Program-made: the position numbers and the translations under genes | From: Spirochaetales bacterium | Lineage (GTDB): Bacteria > Spirochaetota > Spirochaetia > Sphaerochaetales > Sphaerochaetaceae | DNA: 64,000 bases | Assembly (NCBI GenBank): GCA_017614375.1 | Contig: JAGABZ010000013.1 | Span: forward strand, 12,414 to 76,413 | Reading direction: 5' to 3' | The notes under the pieces: model-generated | The model's input: the letters and a program-made list of their open reading frames with translations, nothing else | Told to the model about the DNA's origin: nothing | Databases searched by the model: none | Part shown: positions 45,819 to 54,900 of the stretch, one piece after another | Numbering within the stretch: position 1 is the stretch's first letter | How the letters are laid out: every line of letters starts with the position of its first letter

Positions 45819-46762
45819 CAGAGGCCGAACCTCATGCCGACGAGGTTCTTCTTCTGGTTGGCCAGGTCCTGCCAGCTGATTTCCTTTCTGGTCGGAAGCT
45901 GAACCCTGCTGATGTGGATGAAGCTGTCGGAGCAGGCGACCTTCAAACCCTTGCCCTTCTCCAAGGCGACGATCGTTCCCGGCGGAGTGCCGGCGCAGTC
46001 CCAGGAGGAATCAAGTTCCTCAAAGCCGCCCCAGACACCGGTGATGAGAATCGGAGAACCGTCCAATGTCGTGGAGGCCTTTGGCCAGTCGTACATCGCC
46101 CGGATCAGGGCATGGACGGCCAGGGCGTTTTGGTTGAAGTCGATAAGTCCGTCGTCCTTTCCGATGAGACGGCAGTACGAAGGCTCACCGCTTTGTCCGA
46201 CAGGGACGGCGGTGCCCGCCTCTATGCGGCGAAGAACCTCGGGACAACGGGCGGCAGCAAGCGAAGCGATGGTCTGTGTGAGAGAAACCGTGTCTTCTCT
46301 GCCTGTGAGATTGAATCTAAGGACATCGTACAGCCGTCCGCAGTCCATCTCCAATCCGATTTCCTGAAAGCTGATTCCCCACTCCCTCTCCCCGGAAAGG
46401 ATTGCCTGCTGCACAGGTGCCGGGCCTCTGGATTTCGGAAGAACCGACGGATGGATGTTCATCGTCCGGTCAAACAGGGAAAGGAACTTCGGGCCGAAAA
46501 TCCGGCCGAAACTGAAGCTCAGAAGAAAATCACCCCCCAAGGCACAAACCGCCTCACGCTCGGGACGGTTCACATGCTCGCATTGGATTACCGGCAGGCC
46601 CAGGGCATCGGCGGCGGTTTTCACCGGAGGGTCGACAAGCCGGCGGGAGCGCCCCTCGGGCTTGGATGCTGCGGTCAGCACCCCGGCGACCTCGAAGTTC
46701 TCCGCCAGGGTCTGCAGGGTCGGGACCGCGATTTCCGATGTTCCGGCGAATACAATCCTCAT
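45818..46762 (-). CDS. fmt: methionyl-tRNA formyltransferase
   Basis: 'MRIVFAGTSEIAVPTLQTL' N-terminus, formyltransferase core and C-terminal domain; adjacent to def. Confidence 0.9.
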   Translation of the reverse strand: MRIVFAGTSEIAVPTLQTLAENFEVAGVLTAASKPEGRSRRLVDPPVKTAADALGLPVIQCEHVNRPEREAVCALGGDFLLSFSFGRIFGPKFLSLFDRTMNIHPSVLPKSRGPAPVQQAILSGEREWGISFQEIGLEMDCGRLYDVLRFNLTGREDTVSLTQTIASLAAARCPEVLRRIEAGTAVPVGQSGEPSYCRLIGKDDGLIDFNQNALAVHALIRAMYDWPKASTTLDGSPILITGVWGGFEELDSSWDCAGTPPGTIVALEKGKGLKVACSDSFIHISRVQLPTRKEISWQDLANQKKNLVGMRFGL

Positions 46763-46774
46763 CCCGGCCTCCGT

Positions 46775-47284
46775 TCAGTGCTTTTTCCTGCGGCTCTGGC
46801 GGCTGAGTTTCTCATACTGGCGCACCGCCCCTTCACGCTTGTGGGGAGGCAGGCGGTCTATGAACAGCTTGCCGTCGAGATGGTCGTACTCATGCTGGAT
46901 ACAGCGGGCCAGAAGGCCTTCGGCATCGAGGTTGAACGGCCTGCCCTTGGCATCGTAGGCAAAGACGGAGACGGCTTTCGGCCGTGAAACGTCGGCCCAC
47001 AGCCCGGGGATGCTCAGACAGCCCTCCTCGTACATGGAGCGTTCGGCGGAAGTGGCGGTAATCTCGGGGTTGATGAAGACCCTGGGAATCCCGTCGTCGA
47101 GCTTTATCACGAACAGTCTGAGGTTGACGCCTATCTGCGGGGCGGCCAGTCCGATCCCGGGATTGGCGTCGAGGGTCTCGAACATGTCTTTGATGAGTTC
47201 AGCCAGCGCGGAGTCGAAACTGCCGACGGGAACAGCCGTGCGGGCAAGCTCCTCCGAACCGAGGGTAAGTATTTCTCTGACCAT
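46775..47284 (-). CDS. def: peptide deformylase
   Basis: 'GIGLAAPQIG', 'EGCLSIPG', 'QHEYDHLDG' motifs; ATG 47284 preferred over upstream TTG 47320. Confidence 0.9.
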   Translation of the reverse strand: MVREILTLGSEELARTAVPVGSFDSALAELIKDMFETLDANPGIGLAAPQIGVNLRLFVIKLDDGIPRVFINPEITATSAERSMYEEGCLSIPGLWADVSRPKAVSVFAYDAKGRPFNLDAEGLLARCIQHEYDHLDGKLFIDRLPPHKREGAVRQYEKLSRQSRRKKH

Positions 47285-47402
47285 GCCAGAATAATAACAA
47301 CTACGGTCCGCCGCGGTCAATCAAACGGGCCCGGCCGGGACAGGTACAAAAACTATGAAAACGGCCGGAAATATTCTATAATCACCCCTACGGAGGAAAA
47401 GG

Positions 47403-48899
47403 ATGAGATATATAGGAGCCCTGGACCAGGGTACCACCAGCACACGTTTCATCGTTTTCAGCGAACAGGGTGAAATCTGCGGCTCCCACCAGCTGGAACA
47501 CAGGCAGATTTATCCGAAGCCGGGCTGGGTCGAGCACGACCCGATGGAAATCTGGCGCAACTCGGAGATCTGCATCCGCGAAACCCTCTCGAAGCTCGGC
47601 CTCAGGGGCTCTGACATCAGCGCCGTGGGAATCACGAACCAGCGCGAGACCATCATAGCCTGGGACCCGGAGACGGGAGTACCCTACCACAACGCCATCG
47701 TCTGGCAGGATTTAAGGGGTGCGAAACTCATCGATTCGCTCAAGCAGCAGGGGCTGGAGGCTTCCATCCAGAAGACGACCGGATTGATTCCCAGTCCGTA
47801 TTTCTCCGCGTCCAAGATCCGCTGGCTGTTGGCAAACGTCCCGGACCTGAGGAAACAGGTCAGTCAGGGACGGGCCGTGTTCGGCACGATCGACAGCTGG
47901 CTGATCTACAACCTGACCGGGAAAAAGGCCCTGGTGACCGACGCCACCAACGCCTCCAGATACATGCTGATGGACATCCGCAGGCTCGAATGGGACCCTG
48001 CGATGCTCAAGCTGTTCGGCGTTCCGGAAAAGGCCCTGCCCAGAATCGTCAGTTCCACCGGCGAGGTATACGGGCTGACTACCCAGGACGGACCGTTCTC
48101 CTTCGCCGTCCCTGTATGCGGGGCCATGGGGGACCAGCAGGCGGCCCTGTTCGGGCAGGCCTGTTTCGACCCCGGCCAGGCGAAGTGCACCTACGGTACC
48201 GGCTGCTTCCTGCTTCAGAACACGGGAACCAAGCTCTGCCGCTCCAAATCGGGGCTGCTGACCACCGTGGCCTACAAGGCTCCCAACAAGCCCCCCGTCT
48301 ATGCCCTGGAGGGTTCCATCGCCGTGGCCGGATCGCTGGTCCAGTGGGCCCGTGACAGCCTGAAGATGGTGAAAACCCCGCAGGAACTCGACCTGGCGGC
48401 CTCCGAGGTCTCGGACTGCGGCGGCGTGTACGTCGTGCCTGCCTTCAGCGGGCTGTTCGCCCCCTACTGGCGTTCCGACGCCCGGGGAATCATAGCCGGA
48501 CTTACCGGATTCGCCACCCGCAACCACATCTGCCGGGCCATTCTGGAGTCGACGGCCTTCCAGGCCTACGACATATTCAAGGCAATCGAGTCGGACAGCA
48601 AGGTCAAGATGACCGAACTCAAGGTCGACGGAGGCCTGACCAACAGCGACCCGCTGATGGCTTTCCAGGCCGATGTCCTCAGGGTGCCCGTAATCCGTCC
48701 GGCGATAGTGGAAACCACCGCCCTCGGCGCCGCCTATGCCGCCGGCCTGACCGCCGGGGTGTTCAACGGCACGGAGGAGCTGACCCTCCACTGGAAGCAG
48801 GAGAAACGCTGGGACCCGAAGCTTGACGAAAAGACGGTCAGGGCCAAGGTCCGCTTCTGGAAGAAGGCTGTCGAAAGAACCCTGGACTGGGTGGACTGA
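47403..48899 (+). CDS. glpK: glycerol kinase
   Basis: 'YIGALDQGTTSTRF' FGGY kinase N-terminus; 498 aa; GGAGG RBS. Confidence 0.95.
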   Translation: MRYIGALDQGTTSTRFIVFSEQGEICGSHQLEHRQIYPKPGWVEHDPMEIWRNSEICIRETLSKLGLRGSDISAVGITNQRETIIAWDPETGVPYHNAIVWQDLRGAKLIDSLKQQGLEASIQKTTGLIPSPYFSASKIRWLLANVPDLRKQVSQGRAVFGTIDSWLIYNLTGKKALVTDATNASRYMLMDIRRLEWDPAMLKLFGVPEKALPRIVSSTGEVYGLTTQDGPFSFAVPVCGAMGDQQAALFGQACFDPGQAKCTYGTGCFLLQNTGTKLCRSKSGLLTTVAYKAPNKPPVYALEGSIAVAGSLVQWARDSLKMVKTPQELDLAASEVSDCGGVYVVPAFSGLFAPYWRSDARGIIAGLTGFATRNHICRAILESTAFQAYDIFKAIESDSKVKMTELKVDGGLTNSDPLMAFQADVLRVPVIRPAIVETTALGAAYAAGLTAGVFNGTEELTLHWKQEKRWDPKLDEKTVRAKVRFWKKAVERTLDWVD

Positions 48900-48906
48900 G
48901 GAAGAT

Positions 48907-49698
48907 ATGAGCCTGATAAACGTTTTGCAGATAATCGCCGAGATAGTTCTGGTAGCCTGGCTGAGCTACTACTTCTACACCGCAGTCAAGAACACCCGTG
49001 CCGTGAGGATGATCAGGGTCTTTCTGTACGCCTTCGTCATCTACTCCGCCGCCGTGTTTCTGAAACTGGACGTCATAGTGACAATCACCGGCTTTGCCAT
49101 CGTGCCGCTTATGGTGATGATGCTCCTTGTATACCAGCCGGAACTGCGCAGGGCCTTCGCCACCGAGCAGAAGAACACCAGCTTCTTCAAGAAAAAAGTC
49201 CAGACCAGCGGTGACCAGATCGATTCGATTCTCAGCGCGTGCAAGGTTCTGGCCTCCGAGCGCCGCGGGGCCCTCATAGTCTTCCCCAGACAGATTTCCC
49301 TGAAATCGATCATCGACACGGGCACGAAGATCAACGCCGACCTGTCCAGTTCGCTGATTCTGACCGTGTTCGACCACGACACCCCACTCCACGACGGGGC
49401 CATGATAGTCAGCGAGGGCCGCATAGTCGCCTGCGGCTGCTACCTGCCGCTCTCCGACCAGCGTGATATAAAGAAGACCTTCGGAACCCGCCACCGCGCC
49501 GCCCTGGGTATGGCCGAGGAGAGCGACGCCATCGTGCTGGTCGTCTCCGAGGAAAAGGGTACGATCAGTCTGGCGTACAACAGTGATCTGTACTACGACC
49601 TGGAGAGCGAGACGATCAAGCGGACGTTGCTGTCGCTGTTCAACTACCAGTCCGACGCGCCCGAGGTAATCGGGGAGGTGAACAATGAAAACGAATAA
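48907..49698 (+). CDS. cdaA: diadenylate cyclase CdaA (DisA_N domain, membrane anchored)
   Basis: 3 N-terminal TM helices, 'HDGAMIVSEGRIVACGCYLPLS', 'GTRHRAALG' DAC motifs. Confidence 0.85.
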   Translation: MSLINVLQIIAEIVLVAWLSYYFYTAVKNTRAVRMIRVFLYAFVIYSAAVFLKLDVIVTITGFAIVPLMVMMLLVYQPELRRAFATEQKNTSFFKKKVQTSGDQIDSILSACKVLASERRGALIVFPRQISLKSIIDTGTKINADLSSSLILTVFDHDTPLHDGAMIVSEGRIVACGCYLPLSDQRDIKKTFGTRHRAALGMAEESDAIVLVVSEEKGTISLAYNSDLYYDLESETIKRTLLSLFNYQSDAPEVIGEVNNENE

Positions 49699-50113
49699 CT
49701 TCTCCCGCAAAATCTTCAACAACTGGCCGGCGAAGCTCTGCTGCTTCCTCTTTGCGGTCTGCATAGTCTTTGTCCTGCGCTTCCAGATGTACAACAGCCA
49801 TCAGGTCAACATCCCGCTGGAAGTGAGGATTCCCGAGGGCTACGAGGTGGTGAACAACCTCGACACCACCGCCGTCCTGACCATCCGCGGAGACCGGAAG
49901 ATCATCTACATGATCGACCCGTCGCAGATCACCGCGGTGGCGGACTTCTCCGTAGTCACCGAGGCAGAAATCGAGGAATCGATCCGCACCGGAGTCCCGC
50001 TGATCGTGCGCACGACCCTCGTATATGACAAGGGAATCGTCGACCTCAGCGAGGAAATCGTCCTCACGATAGAACCGTCCAGGGTCAGGGTACTGCTGAG
50101 GGAGGTCAAATGA
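49685..50113 (+). CDS. YbbR-like domain protein (short CdaR-like)
   Basis: N-terminal TM then YbbR-type beta-rich repeat; 14-nt overlap with cdaA; only 142 aa. Confidence 0.55.
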   Translation: MKTNNFSRKIFNNWPAKLCCFLFAVCIVFVLRFQMYNSHQVNIPLEVRIPEGYEVVNNLDTTAVLTIRGDRKIIYMIDPSQITAVADFSVVTEAEIEESIRTGVPLIVRTTLVYDKGIVDLSEEIVLTIEPSRVRVLLREVK

Positions 50114-50508
50114 CCTCTTTCCGCGTGGGAATAGACGCGGTCTCGATCAGCCGGGCGCGCAAGCTTTCCGGACACTTCATCGCGTCCTATTACCACCCCG
50201 ACGAGGTCGCAAAGGCCCGGTCAATCGGAAACGAACAACTGCGGGCACAGTATCTGGCGTCCCGCTTCGCCGTGAAGGAGGCCTATTGCAAGGCCTGCTC
50301 AAAGGGCATCTTCGATACGACCCTCAGGGAAATCCAGGTCGTCTCCTCCCCCTCCGGGCAGCCGTCGGTCGTACTTCACGGCAGGGAGCTTGAGCGCTTC
50401 AACTCCGCCTATCCCGGCGGGAACATCCAGGTTTCCATCACCCACGAGGACCCGCTGGCCGTGGCGGTCGTCCTGATCAGTTTCGGAGAAGTCAATGTCG
50501 CGAACTGA
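50110..50508 (+). CDS. acpS: holo-[acyl-carrier-protein] synthase (4'-phosphopantetheinyl transferase)
   Basis: ~130 aa, 'GIDAVSISR' N-terminus and AcpS-like fold pattern. Confidence 0.75.
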   Translation: MTSFRVGIDAVSISRARKLSGHFIASYYHPDEVAKARSIGNEQLRAQYLASRFAVKEAYCKACSKGIFDTTLREIQVVSSPSGQPSVVLHGRELERFNSAYPGGNIQVSITHEDPLAVAVVLISFGEVNVAN

Positions 50509-50566
50509 CTGGAACCGCCCTGCCCCCGGACAATACCGCCTCAGGCCGGGATTCAGACGCATCGCC

Positions 50567-51346
50567 ATGACGGTGGCCTATGACGGCAGGGATTTCTGCG
50601 GCTGGCAGACCCAGGACGGACAGCGTACCGTCCAGGAAACCCTCGAGCAGTGCCTGAAGGACCTGACCGGGCTGACGCTGAACGTGGTCGGCTCGGGCAG
50701 GACCGACAGCAAGGTTCACGCCATGGGCCAGGTCTGCCATTTCGATCTGCCCTGCGAATCGGCCATCCCGGCGGAGGCGTTCGCCAAAGCCCTGATCGTT
50801 CCCCCGGACATCACGATCCGAAGCTCATGGGAGGCCGACGCATCCTTTCACAGCCGTTTCTCGGCCATGGCCAGGGAATACAGGTACTTCATCCGCGACA
50901 GGCGGGATTTCACCTGCATGGAGAGAGGTCTGGCCACAGCGGTGAAAAACCTCCCCGATGTTAAGCTGATGAACTCCTACGCCGCCTGCCTGAAGGGAAC
51001 CCACGACTTCTCCGCTTTTGCCGCGGCGGGGGATCTGTCGGAGAGCAAGTGCAGGGACATCTACGAATCCGAAGTGTTTTCATGTGACTCACCCTACGGC
51101 GGACCCGTGCAGGTCTTCAGAATCTGCGGCAACGCCTTTTTGTACAGACAGGTCCGCTCGATGGTCGGGACGATGCTCTGCCTGGCCAGGGACAATGCCC
51201 CGGCAGAGCAGTTTGCAGCGATTCTCGAGAGCAAAGACCGCTCCCGGGCCCTCGATACTGCCAGGCCGGACGGTCTGTACCTCTGGCGCGTCAGCTTTGA
51301 CCCCGACGAGTACGGCTGGTTTGAGGAGGCCCCGGATGGGAATTGA
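50567..51346 (+). CDS. truA: tRNA pseudouridine(38-40) synthase
   Basis: 'VAYDGRDFCGWQTQ', 'GSGRTDSKVHA' catalytic Asp motif; ATG 50567. Confidence 0.85.
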   Translation: MTVAYDGRDFCGWQTQDGQRTVQETLEQCLKDLTGLTLNVVGSGRTDSKVHAMGQVCHFDLPCESAIPAEAFAKALIVPPDITIRSSWEADASFHSRFSAMAREYRYFIRDRRDFTCMERGLATAVKNLPDVKLMNSYAACLKGTHDFSAFAAAGDLSESKCRDIYESEVFSCDSPYGGPVQVFRICGNAFLYRQVRSMVGTMLCLARDNAPAEQFAAILESKDRSRALDTARPDGLYLWRVSFDPDEYGWFEEAPDGN

Positions 51347-52076
51347 CCGGGAAAGAAAAGAATTCCTCGACGCGGCATTCTCGGAAATCTGGAACGCCGC
51401 CTCGGACTTTGAGCGGACCATCGACCCGGACCTGCCGATCCGTCCCGCAGCGCCCGATTTCTCACCTGTCACCAGGACCCTGGCAGAGGAAGCCTCGACC
51501 TCCGCGGAGGTCTACGGGGCTGATTTGCCCAGACTGGAGGAAATCTGCCGCAGATGCACCTCCTGCCGCCTGGCCGGAACGAGGACGAACGTCGTCTTCG
51601 GCACGGGCAGCACCAACCCGCTGGTCATGGTCATCGGCGAAGGCCCGGGCTACCACGAGGATGTCCGGGGCCTGCCGTTCGTCGGGGACTCGGGGCAGTA
51701 TCTGGACAAGTGGCTGGCGGCCATCAACCTCAGCAGGGATACCAACGTCTATATCTGCAACATAGTCAAATGCCGCCCACCGCAGAACCGCGACCCGATG
51801 GATGATGAGATTTCCGCCTGCCGCGGCTATCTGATCCAGCAGATCAGGCTCCTCAAGCCGAGGGCGATCCTCGGTGTGGGCAAATTCGCGGCGCAGTTTC
51901 TGTGCAACAGCGACCGGGGAATCAGCGACCTGCGGGGGAATTTCCGAATCTACAGCGGAATCCCCGTGATCTGCACCTATCACCCCTCGGCGGTTCTCCG
52001 CAACCCCGGACTTAAGCGGGACGTCTGGGAGGACCTGAAAAAGCTCTCCGCATTCATCACCAGGGCCTCGTCATGA
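51337..52076 (+). CDS. uracil-DNA glycosylase, family 4, with ~70 aa N-terminal extension
   Basis: 'GEGPGYHEDVRGLPFVGDSG' family-4 UDG motif; 4-Cys pattern 'CxxC...C' consistent with Fe-S UDG; overlaps truA by 10 nt. Confidence 0.8.
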
Positions 52077-54046
52077 CAAGATTCGCCACGGTTTTCGTCC
52101 CCGTTCCGCTTAAGACGGCGTTCACCTACTCCTTTGATCCGGACAAGTGCCCGGTACAGCCGGGAATCAGGGTCCGCGTTCCGCTGGGAAACAGGAGCGT
52201 CACGGGCTTTGTCACCGGGGTCTCCGACAGCCGCCCGCAGGGAGAGTTCGAAATCAGGGAAATCGAAAAGCCGGTGGACAAGCAGCCGATTTTCGGAGAG
52301 GGCGAGACGGAGCTGGCCCTGTGGATGGAAAAGTTCTACCTCTGTTCCCGCGGCGAGGCGCTGGATACCATGATTCCCAACGCCAGGCGGGACAGCAGTC
52401 TGCCGCCGCTGGGCTTTGACCCGGAGCCGATGAAGGAGGGCATGGTTCTCTCCGACGAGCAGCAATCCGCCCTTGATGCGATTCTGTCACGAAAGCACGG
52501 GGCGTACTACCTGTACGGGGTCACCGGCTCGGGAAAGACCGAGGTATTCCTGCGCGTCGCCGAGCAGGTCATCGCCCAAGGCAGGCAGGTCATCTACCTG
52601 GTTCCGGAGATCACCCTGACCCACCAGCTGGCCAGGGCCGTGGCCTCCAGATTCGGAGACAAAGTCGCCATCCTCCACTCGGCCCTGACCCAGGCGCAGA
52701 GAATCAAGCAGTGGAGGCGGATCAGAAACGGCGAGGCCGCCCTGGTGATCGGGGCCCGCAGCGCCGTGTTCGCCCCCTGCCCGGATCTGGGCCTGGTCAT
52801 CATCGACGAGGAGCATGAGAACTCGTACAAGTCGGGCAACACCCCCCGCTACCATGCACGCCAGGTTGCCTGGCACCGCTGTCAGGAAACCGGAGCCCTG
52901 CTTCTGATGGGAAGCGCCACCCCTTCGCTTGAGTGCTACAAACTCGCCGAGGACCCGGACAGGCTGTGCATGATCAGGCTGACAAAGAGGGTCGCCGGCG
53001 GAAAGCTGCCTGAGATAAAGGTCGTGAGCATCCTCGGCCAGAAACCGATCCTCAGCCCGGTTCTGGTGCACGCGATGAACACCGTCCTGGACCAGAAGCG
53101 CCAGGTGATTCTCTTTCTCAACCGCCGCGGTTACAACCACAGTTTCCGCTGCAACTCCTGCGGCTTTGAGCTGACCTGCCCCCACTGCTCCGTCGCCCTG
53201 ACCTGGCACCGCCGGGAACAGGCACTGATCTGCCACTACTGCGGGTACCGGACAGCCCCTCTTTCGGCCTGTCCGAACTGCAACTCACTGGATGTGACCT
53301 ATGCCGGTTTCGGAACGGAGAAGGTCGAGGATGAGGTCCGCAGGGCCTTTCCCAAAGCCGCCGTGGCCAGATTGGACACCGACGTGACAAAGGGGCGCGA
53401 GGCGGGGAAAATCATCGACGATTTCCGCGAGGGTCGCACCGACATCCTCCTGGGGACCCAGATGGTGGCAAAGGGTCTGAACTTCCCCAACCTGGCGCTG
53501 GTCGGGATCGTCCAGGCGGACAGCACTCTGAGCCTGCCGGACTTCCGCTCGGCGGAGAGGACCTTCAGCCTGATCGTCCAGGTCAGCGGCAGGAGCGGGC
53601 GGTACGACGACCAGGGCCGGGTCCTGATCCAGACTACCCGGCCGAACGAGCCGGCCATCGCATACGCCGTGGCGGGAAAGGTCGATGAATTCTATGCCCT
53701 GGAACTGGAAAACCGCCGGCAGACGGCCTTTCCGCCCTACACCAGGCTGGTTCAACTGGTGTTCCGGGGAAAGAACGAACAAAAGGTCAAAGCCGCCTGC
53801 GAAGAGGCCGGGGAGTTGTTCAAAGCCTCGGCGCGGGCCTACCGCCGCTCAGGCGAGCTGCTGGAGGTCCTCGGCCCGGAGGAGTGCCCGGTTTACCGGA
53901 TTGCCCAGAACTACCGGCGCCAGCTTCTGATCCGCGGGGAGAATCCTTCCCGGGTCCACAACCTGGTCTCCAAAGTCGCGGAAAAACTCAAGCCCGTTTC
54001 GGGTGTGTACATCGAGATAGACTTCGACCCGCTGAGCCTGATGTAG
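52073..54046 (+). CDS. priA: primosomal protein N' (replication restart helicase)
   Basis: Walker A 'GVTGSGKTE', 'DEEHE', zinc-binding 'CNSCGFELTCPHC...CHYCG...CPNC'. Confidence 0.9.
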   Translation: MTRFATVFVPVPLKTAFTYSFDPDKCPVQPGIRVRVPLGNRSVTGFVTGVSDSRPQGEFEIREIEKPVDKQPIFGEGETELALWMEKFYLCSRGEALDTMIPNARRDSSLPPLGFDPEPMKEGMVLSDEQQSALDAILSRKHGAYYLYGVTGSGKTEVFLRVAEQVIAQGRQVIYLVPEITLTHQLARAVASRFGDKVAILHSALTQAQRIKQWRRIRNGEAALVIGARSAVFAPCPDLGLVIIDEEHENSYKSGNTPRYHARQVAWHRCQETGALLLMGSATPSLECYKLAEDPDRLCMIRLTKRVAGGKLPEIKVVSILGQKPILSPVLVHAMNTVLDQKRQVILFLNRRGYNHSFRCNSCGFELTCPHCSVALTWHRREQALICHYCGYRTAPLSACPNCNSLDVTYAGFGTEKVEDEVRRAFPKAAVARLDTDVTKGREAGKIIDDFREGRTDILLGTQMVAKGLNFPNLALVGIVQADSTLSLPDFRSAERTFSLIVQVSGRSGRYDDQGRVLIQTTRPNEPAIAYAVAGKVDEFYALELENRRQTAFPPYTRLVQLVFRGKNEQKVKAACEEAGELFKASARAYRRSGELLEVLGPEECPVYRIAQNYRRQLLIRGENPSRVHNLVSKVAEKLKPVSGVYIEIDFDPLSLM

Positions 54047-54118
54047 GCCGAGACGTTCAGGACTTGCCCGGAAACAAAAAACCTGTGTCGGGGCGGCAAA
54101 GCGTGTTATAATCGCACC

Positions 54119-54466
54119 ATGATGAAACTCAGTGATATTGTCAAGGCGATAGACGGAGAGGTCCTCTGCTGCGAGGACCAGCTGGACATGGAGGTCAGAT
54201 TCGGGTTCTCGAGCGACCTGATGAGCGATGTCCTGACCCTGAGGGATGATGACATCCTCCTGATTACGGGGCTGGCGAACATCCAGTCGATCCGCACCGC
54301 CGAACTGTCCGACATAAACGCGATCGTGCTCGTCCGGAACAAGGTTGCCACCGACCAGATGATCGACATGGCGGCCGACGCGGGAATCGTCCTGATTACG
54401 ACGAAGTATTCGATGTTCAAGACCAGCGGCCTGTTGTACGCCGCGGGGCTGTCTCCCATTTACTGA
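54119..54466 (+). CDS. DRTGG domain protein
   Basis: 'ILLITGLANIQSIRTAELSDINAIVLVRN' DRTGG-like; first gene of conserved sensory triad. Confidence 0.6.
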   Translation: MMKLSDIVKAIDGEVLCCEDQLDMEVRFGFSSDLMSDVLTLRDDDILLITGLANIQSIRTAELSDINAIVLVRNKVATDQMIDMAADAGIVLITTKYSMFKTSGLLYAAGLSPIY

Positions 54467-54479
54467 GCCCGGAGGCAGG

Positions 54480-54899
54480 ATGCATACGGTATTTCCCGTA
54501 GAGGCGGGCAATTTCACAAAGGCAGGCAACGTTTCCAGCGACGTCAAGAGGATGCTCAAACAGCTGGGCGTGCCGCACAAGACGGTCAAGCGGATCGTCG
54601 TGGCCCTGTTCGAGGCCGAGGTCAACGTCATCGCCCACTCCTGGGGCGGCCAGGTCGAGATCACTGTCGACCCGAAACAGGTTCTGGTCAGGGTGGTCGA
54701 CACCGGACCGGGTATCCCCGATCTGGATCTGGCGATGACCGAGGGATTTTCAACGGCCTCCGAGGAGGTCCGCGAGATGGGATACGGCGCCGGAATGGGC
54801 CTGCCAAACATCCGCAACAACGCCGACGAGCTCAAAATCGAGACGGGGGCGAACTCGCACACCGACATACACATGACGTTCTACATCGACGAGGAATAG
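54480..54899 (+). CDS. anti-sigma regulatory factor-like Ser/Thr kinase (HATPase_c)
   Basis: 'VVDTGPGIPD', 'GMGLPNIRNNADEL' GHKL ATPase motifs; 139 aa. Confidence 0.7.
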   Translation: MHTVFPVEAGNFTKAGNVSSDVKRMLKQLGVPHKTVKRIVVALFEAEVNVIAHSWGGQVEITVDPKQVLVRVVDTGPGIPDLDLAMTEGFSTASEEVREMGYGAGMGLPNIRNNADELKIETGANSHTDIHMTFYIDEE

Positions 54900-54900
54900 C

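Noticed and set aside
47712-48791. 359 aa ORF antisense to glpK
   Set aside because: Shadow ORF of a near-certain glycerol kinase gene.
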